The translations under genes and the position numbers were made by a program. A DNA stretch of 64,000 nucleotides from a virus (Duplodnaviria > Caudoviricetes). Every line of letters begins with the position of its first letter. Positions within the stretch are counted from its first letter, which is position 1. Under the pieces are notes generated by a model. The model saw only the letters and a program-made list of their open reading frames with translations. It ran no database searches and had not been told where the DNA came from. The DNA lies in the IMG/VR virus record IMGVR_UViG_3300031998_000004. The stretch is one strand, 5' to 3'. Positions 59,811 through 64,000 of the stretch are shown piece by piece.

Positions 59811-60230
59811 TTAATTTTCTTCTTCCCAATTGATTTCTATATACTTACCAAGCATCGTTGGGTCGTCATCGTATACGTCCCATTTTATTTTCATCTTGAA
59901 TCCGCGTTCCTGAAAATATTTACAAAACTCAACGAACTTCGGTTCTAGGTCTTTCCCGTGAATACCCTTGTTATCATACATTAGTTTTTTCACGTTTGTC
60001 CCTTTCTTAAAAGCACTAGTTAATCCCAACGCTTTCGGACAAATCCTATGATAATAAACCACACGCGGAACGGAATACTTTACTTCATCGTAAATAACTC
60101 CCAATAGTTTATCACAAGTGGTCTCGAGAGGTTCTCCTTCTGGTGGAACCATCCGTTTACTTATGAGATCCCTCAGAAAACTTGCGGTGATGGGGTTATC
60201 CGCGTTTATATTATCGTTAAATATGCTCAT
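59811..60230 (-). CDS. MSIF-tag hypothetical protein
   Basis: MSIFNDNIN (start re-assigned); distant paralog of 58956. Confidence 0.8.
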   Translation of the reverse strand: MSIFNDNINADNPITASFLRDLISKRMVPPEGEPLETTCDKLLGVIYDEVKYSVPRVVYYHRICPKALGLTSAFKKGTNVKKLMYDNKGIHGKDLEPKFVEFCKYFQERGFKMKIKWDVYDDDPTMLGKYIEINWEEEN

Positions 60231-60253
60231 GAATTTATTTAACAAATTCTTCG

Positions 60254-60985
60254 TTATTCTTTAGCGATCTCAACCGAGAATGGTGGATAGTTCTTCTTGT
60301 AGTCTTCATCTAACATACTTACGTTAACCACTTTCGTTCCATTTCCCCCATCGGTCTCGTGGTGATCCCCGCTGTGAACGTGTCCACAAAACACATAACC
60401 GATCTGCTTAAAGTAAATAGCATCTGTGAGTTCCTGGCATCCGAAGTTTCGACCCCAGTTCCATCCCCTCTGAAGAACGGTTCCTGCATCACCAATCCGT
60501 GGAGGGCAGTGAGTGAGGAGCACGTCAACCCGATCTGGAATTTTAGCATACTCTTGCTCTAGTTTGAAGTGATCTCCGTAGAACGCCCATGACTGTAAGT
60601 CGGGACACCAAGAAGTACCATAGAAGGTAAACCCTTCATATTTCCATCCGTTGTCACAAAGGATAACGAGTTTATGTTGCCCTTTGAGAGAGCCAGGCAT
60701 AAGGAGTCTGGACATCATCTCACCATTATTCATATGGTCCGGCCCGATGTGTTGTGCAAAGAAGTCATGATTTCCAAAGACCATCACTACTTTCTTAAAA
60801 GGAAGGGAGTCGGTCCATGGGATGAACACCTGGCAGAACCACGCGATGGACTGTACGTCGTTGCGTTGAAGATCAAGCGGAACTACATCTCCACATATAC
60901 AGAGGACATCTCCCTCCTCGAAGAAATCGGGCTTCGGGAGATTTCCGTGAAGGTCACTAATTGCTGATAATTTAAGTTTTCTCAT
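60254..60985 (-). CDS. Metallophosphoesterase
   Basis: SDLHG, CGD, GNHD, THCPP, CGHVH. Confidence 0.9.
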   Translation of the reverse strand: MRKLKLSAISDLHGNLPKPDFFEEGDVLCICGDVVPLDLQRNDVQSIAWFCQVFIPWTDSLPFKKVVMVFGNHDFFAQHIGPDHMNNGEMMSRLLMPGSLKGQHKLVILCDNGWKYEGFTFYGTSWCPDLQSWAFYGDHFKLEQEYAKIPDRVDVLLTHCPPRIGDAGTVLQRGWNWGRNFGCQELTDAIYFKQIGYVFCGHVHSGDHHETDGGNGTKVVNVSMLDEDYKKNYPPFSVEIAKE

Positions 60986-61025
60986 ATTGTAATTACGAAG
61001 TCTTTTGGTTGAGACTCCTCAACTA

Positions 61026-61064
61026 AAATATATAAAAAAAGACCCCCTTGTTTAGGAGGTCTTT
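61026..61064 (-). promoter_or_regulatory. Composite terminator hairpin + candidate promoter
   Basis: AAAAGACC..GGTCTTTT hairpin containing CTAAA-18nt-TATATTT. Confidence 0.55.
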
Positions 61065-61086
61065 TGGAGTGAAATTTTGGTAATTA

Positions 61087-62430
61087 TTAAATCACGCCGT
61101 CATCGCCGTTATTAACGCCACGCAAATCATAATCAATAAACGCAATATAATATCCGAAATCTTCGGCGTATGTTTTCCAATCGTCTCCGGTATACCCATG
61201 AATTACATTAACAAATACTATTGCTGCAAGATATACATGAGATTCTGATGGATCTGGGGGGAATGATGAGTAAAAAATACAAGGATATTCCCATATTTCG
61301 CTCAAATACATATGAGTTTTCGTTCTCCAAGCAATGTCATTTGTATCCAAGACTTTATATCCAGTTATTGAAGTATCGTCTTTTACTGTTATATCATATA
61401 GTTGCTGATTCATAGGTTCATTCCACATACCATTTTGACTCGTATACATATATCCTCCATAAACCGGCCCACTAATAGTTCCTTCGGAATCAAATACAAA
61501 TTCATATGTTGAATTATATATATATCCGGGTTGTAATGCTGGTTGCCATGTATTATCACCAACATATCCGGGGAAAGAATAATTCAAATCATTAGTAATA
61601 TTTTTTAGTAATAATATTTTTGGTTGAACTGGGGCGTCGGGAATAAATGGTAAACTTACTGTGCTGATTGATCCAGGACAGTTATAATTTGATAAAAGTG
61701 TACAAAGACTTGAAAAATAATTATCGGAATCTCGTTCAGGAAGATTTTCATAATCAGATATAAAATCTAAAATACTATATTCACACATTGTATCAATAGA
61801 TTCCTTGGTTAAAATAAAAGCATTATTTTTATCCTTTGGATAATATTTTTGACCATATGTAACCAAATTATCTTCTTCAAGGCTCTGAAACCAACTATAA
61901 TATCCTTCTTCGCCAAGCTCATTTATCATTTTATTTATAAATGTTTGAGCATCATCATTGATATTAAAATCATTATCAAGAGTGCTTTTTACAAATGATA
62001 TTTGATTCGATGATAAATTAACATGATATATTTGTTCTACCCAAAATGCCCCCATATCATATCTATGAGCCGACGGTGTATTTGTAAGTATTCCGTCATA
62101 ATAATCAGTTGGTATTGAATCCAATAATCCATTTTTAGCGACATAGTCGCCAGATGGAGATCCACCAGACACATCAACGTCAGCATACTCGTAAGCAGCA
62201 ACGTTAACAGTGCCGTTTTCTGTAATTTCAATAGTACCAGTAGGAGTACTTCCACCAGATACATTCACTTCTGCTGTGGCGTAATCGGTGACATCTACCT
62301 CACCGTTCTCTGTAATCTGGATGGTTCCGGTAGGAGAATCATGTATATCAAGAGACTCAGCAAGCTCGTCTGAAGGAACTACTTGAGTTATATAACCCGC
62401 GTTTTTAAGTTTATCAACTATTTCACTCAT
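61087..62430 (-). CDS. Putative virion surface/fiber protein with two N-terminal repeats
   Basis: PTGTI[QE]ITENG.V.V..Y..A.V.VSGG x2; TATAAATA (T4 late-promoter-like) upstream. Confidence 0.65.
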   Translation of the reverse strand: MSEIVDKLKNAGYITQVVPSDELAESLDIHDSPTGTIQITENGEVDVTDYATAEVNVSGGSTPTGTIEITENGTVNVAAYEYADVDVSGGSPSGDYVAKNGLLDSIPTDYYDGILTNTPSAHRYDMGAFWVEQIYHVNLSSNQISFVKSTLDNDFNINDDAQTFINKMINELGEEGYYSWFQSLEEDNLVTYGQKYYPKDKNNAFILTKESIDTMCEYSILDFISDYENLPERDSDNYFSSLCTLLSNYNCPGSISTVSLPFIPDAPVQPKILLLKNITNDLNYSFPGYVGDNTWQPALQPGYIYNSTYEFVFDSEGTISGPVYGGYMYTSQNGMWNEPMNQQLYDITVKDDTSITGYKVLDTNDIAWRTKTHMYLSEIWEYPCIFYSSFPPDPSESHVYLAAIVFVNVIHGYTGDDWKTYAEDFGYYIAFIDYDLRGVNNGDDGVI

Positions 62431-62464
62431 TTCAAATTCTTTTATTTATACTATAATAATCATA

Positions 62465-62494
62465 AAAAAAGACCCTCCTCGAAAGGAAGGTCTT
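62465..62494 (-). terminator. Terminator ending tRNA cluster
   Basis: AAGACC.TCCT-cgaa-AGGA.GGTCTT with T-run on minus strand. Confidence 0.7.
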
Positions 62495-62501
62495 GGGTAT
62501 G

Positions 62502-62573
62502 AGCCGGAAGTCGGAGTCGAACCAACAACCTACGGTTTACAAAACCGTTGCTCTGCCATTGAGCTATTCCGGC
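62502..62573 (-). tRNA. tRNA-Thr(TGT)
   Basis: GCCGGAA acceptor; ACGGT-TTTGTAA-ACCGT anticodon arm; GTTCGACTC T loop; no encoded CCA. Confidence 0.92.
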
Positions 62574-62582
62574 GGGTATTTG

Positions 62583-62654
62583 AGTGAAGTGGAGGAATCA
62601 AACCTCCGTCTCCTGCCTTCTCGGCTAGGTGTTCTCTCACTAAACTAATTCCAC
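62583..62654 (-). pseudogene. Degenerate or atypical tRNA
   Basis: GGAGG-TTTGATT-CCTCC T arm and D arm present; acceptor mismatched; irregular anticodon arm. Confidence 0.55.
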
Positions 62655-62659
62655 TGTTA

Positions 62660-63000
62660 CGGTCCTCTATCGCGGTCCCGTATAAACACATCGTCGGATT
62701 TCTACCGAAGGCATTAGCGCGTTTGCCAATTTTCACTTCTTGCAAGTCTCTGCATCAGTATAAGCCGAATATTCTCATCAGAGATCCGTTATTACAAACT
62801 ACAATCGCTTCAGTGATTTCGTTCCGGTTTGCCGTCATAGTCGCTGACGGTTTCCTCATTGGCTGTAGATAGGATAGGATTATGTATTATCCCTATCTCT
62901 CACTCCTCAAGACACTGACGTACGGTTCAGCACTCTCTTTAAGTCTCTGTTGTCGTGGTAGTCTCCTGGACTCGAACAGGAGTAGGACCATTCTGCATCT
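62660..63000 (-). ncRNA. Candidate structured ncRNA (about 340 nt)
   Basis: No credible ORF, GC-richer, several hairpins, T-arm-like/ACCA motif at 5' end, candidate promoter at 63026-63056. Confidence 0.4.
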
Positions 63001-63059
63001 ATCTTATACCTTCAAAGAACTAATATAAAATAACTAAAATCTGAAAGAAATTTAATATG

Positions 63060-63137
63060 TGGTAGTCCCGGAGAGATTCGAACTCTCACTGAATAGATCC
63101 TAAGTCTATTGCCATCTTCCAGTTGGGCTACGGGACC
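63060..63137 (-). tRNA. tRNA-Leu(TAG) with short variable loop
   Basis: ATAGA-CTTAGGA-TCTAT anticodon arm; GAGAG-TTCGAAT-CTCTC; encoded CCA. Confidence 0.85.
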
Positions 63138-63151
63138 AAGTAAAAAAAAAA

Positions 63152-63270
63152 TCATCACCTGTACCTACTCGCTGCACGGCACATCTCCCGGTAACGTCAG
63201 TCTCGAGGACCAACGCGTCTTCGATAAAATCCAGGGCTCTTTTGGAACGATCTCTTGAGCTAAAGTGATG
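63152..63270 (-). ncRNA. Expanded-cloverleaf tRNA-like RNA
   Basis: CATCACTT/AGGTGATG, GCTC/GAGC, CCTGG/CCGGG, GTGCC/GGTAC stems with enlarged loops. Confidence 0.55.
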
Positions 63271-63426
63271 TAAATATCAAGTTTAGTATATACCCTAAAC
63301 TAAGGTGGAGTCCCTATTAACGGAACCGAGCCGATACCTTGCTCGAAAAATTACAAATGAAGATTTATACTCTCAGCCAAATGACTTACGTCATCACCTT
63401 ATGAAGTTAAAATTCGGGTATTTAGT

Positions 63427-63461
63427 CAACATTAACTTTACAACATTAACTTTACAACATT
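63427..63461. repeat. 14-bp tandem repeat CAACATTAACTTTA x2.5
   Basis: Read directly. Confidence 0.7.
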
Positions 63462-63543
63462 ATTCAAATAAATACTTTATGACTATCCCTTAATTGGTCC
63501 ACTACATAAGATGTAAAAGAAAAAGAGCGAAAAGTAATGACGT

Positions 63544-63615
63544 TGGTCAGGCGGGGATTCGAACCCCGGTCTCTTCATCATTAGTGAAGTGTCTTGTCCT
63601 CTAGACTACCCGATC
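63544..63615 (-). tRNA. Atypical tRNA with AAT anticodon (nominal Ile), nested in a closing-stem module
   Basis: CTTCA-CTAATGA-TGAAG; CGGGG-TTCGAAT-CCCCG; one acceptor mismatch; G37. Confidence 0.7.
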
Positions 63616-63659
63616 GGACTAGCGAATAGGAACTTTATATGCTCTTTAAAAAAAAAACA

Positions 63660-63798
63660 CTCGCGGAAAGTAAGCAATATTTCGTCGGCTATGCCATTTG
63701 CCTATCTCCCGAGAGTATGAATGATTTTTTGCCGGGAGAGCTGGACTCGAACCAGCATACAACGAATCCAGATTAGCAATAGGAACTTTCTATGCAAG
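63660..63798 (-). ncRNA. Circularly permuted tRNA-like RNA in closing stem (Y-RNA/YrlA-like architecture)
   Basis: Order: TTCGT - T arm - TCTCCCG - linker - CGGGAGA - D arm - ACGAA. Confidence 0.65.
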
Positions 63799-63807
63799 TG
63801 TAAGGTA

Positions 63808-63896
63808 CAAGCGAGAAGTAATACAACTCCGGCTATGTCGGAATTGAAGGAATCGAACCTTCGTTGACCATTTTAAATAGGAACTTCTTTTGCTTG
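63808..63896 (-). ncRNA. Minimal permuted tRNA-like RNA (T arm + closed acceptor) in closing stem
   Basis: GAAGG-TTCGATT-CCTTC, AATTCCG-ACATAGC-CGGAGTT; CAAGC..AAGT/ACTT..GCTTG. Confidence 0.6.
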
Positions 63897-63897
63897 T

Positions 63898-63974
63898 TGG
63901 TGGGCACGGGTGGATTCGAACCACCGGCTTTCACTTTGTAAGAGTGACGGTCTAAACCACTGGCGTACGCGCCC
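63898..63974 (-). tRNA. tRNA-Val(TAC)
   Basis: GGGCGCG acceptor; TCACT-CTTACAA-AGTGA; GGTGG-TTCGAAT-CCACC; encoded CCA. Confidence 0.9.
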
Positions 63975-64000
63975 ATAGATGCCGCATTTACGGTAGTGCG

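Noticed and set aside
62530-62745. 71 aa ORF (and 63305-63493)
   Set aside because: Overlaps tRNA/tRNA-like genes or lies antisense within the RNA cluster; non-ATG starts and no protein features.
62750-62860. RNase P RNA, tmRNA or hammerhead ribozyme in the non-coding stretch
   Set aside because: GAGGAAA and GGCTTA are present but lack the AGTCC/P4 pairing and spacing. CTGATGA has no properly placed GAAA. No alanine-type acceptor stem or credible tag frame was found.
63624-63887. GAAGTTCCTATT resembles the Flp FRT binding element
   Set aside because: Copies are direct, not inverted around an 8-bp spacer, and are better explained as the 5' strand of an RNA stem.
1-64000. Stop-codon recoding (TAG=Gln, as in Lak-type megaphages)
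   Set aside because: Core genes are full length in the standard code, and TAG, TGA and TAA all end genes immediately before the next start.

Overview
A 64 kb, AT-rich, densely coding segment of a large (jumbo-type) T4-like myophage genome, read in the standard genetic code. The host is probably Bacteroidota: there are no Shine-Dalgarno motifs, leaders are A/T-rich, and there is a Bacteroidetes-style lipoprotein and an MITEDYVS-type gene family. Recognisable genes: terminase large subunit and a probable small subunit, gp3-like tail protein, gp32-like SSB, T4-type RNase H, gp47-like nuclease, DEDDh exonuclease, sigma70-family factor, S1-domain protein, PNKP, Rnl2-type RNA ligase, QueC with a TGT/DpdA-like protein, IMPDH/GMP reductase, a free-standing homing-type endonuclease, and a tRNA/ncRNA cluster at the right end. 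The main unexplained signal is that about 44 mostly unrelated small proteins share one N-terminal peptide, [SG]-[ILV]-F-x-x-[DNH]-[ILV]. In 32 ORFs it directly follows the initiator Met. In about 12 ORFs it follows a T4-style capsid-targeting leader, MKxLxE, whose predicted prohead-protease cleavage would expose the same N-terminus. A second striking signal is three tandem RNA modules in the tRNA cluster. Each has the same closing stem (AAGTTCCTATT ... TTACTT) and encloses a circularly permuted tRNA-like domain or a whole atypical tRNA, a Y-RNA-like architecture. All functional calls come from motif recognition by eye; no searches were run.
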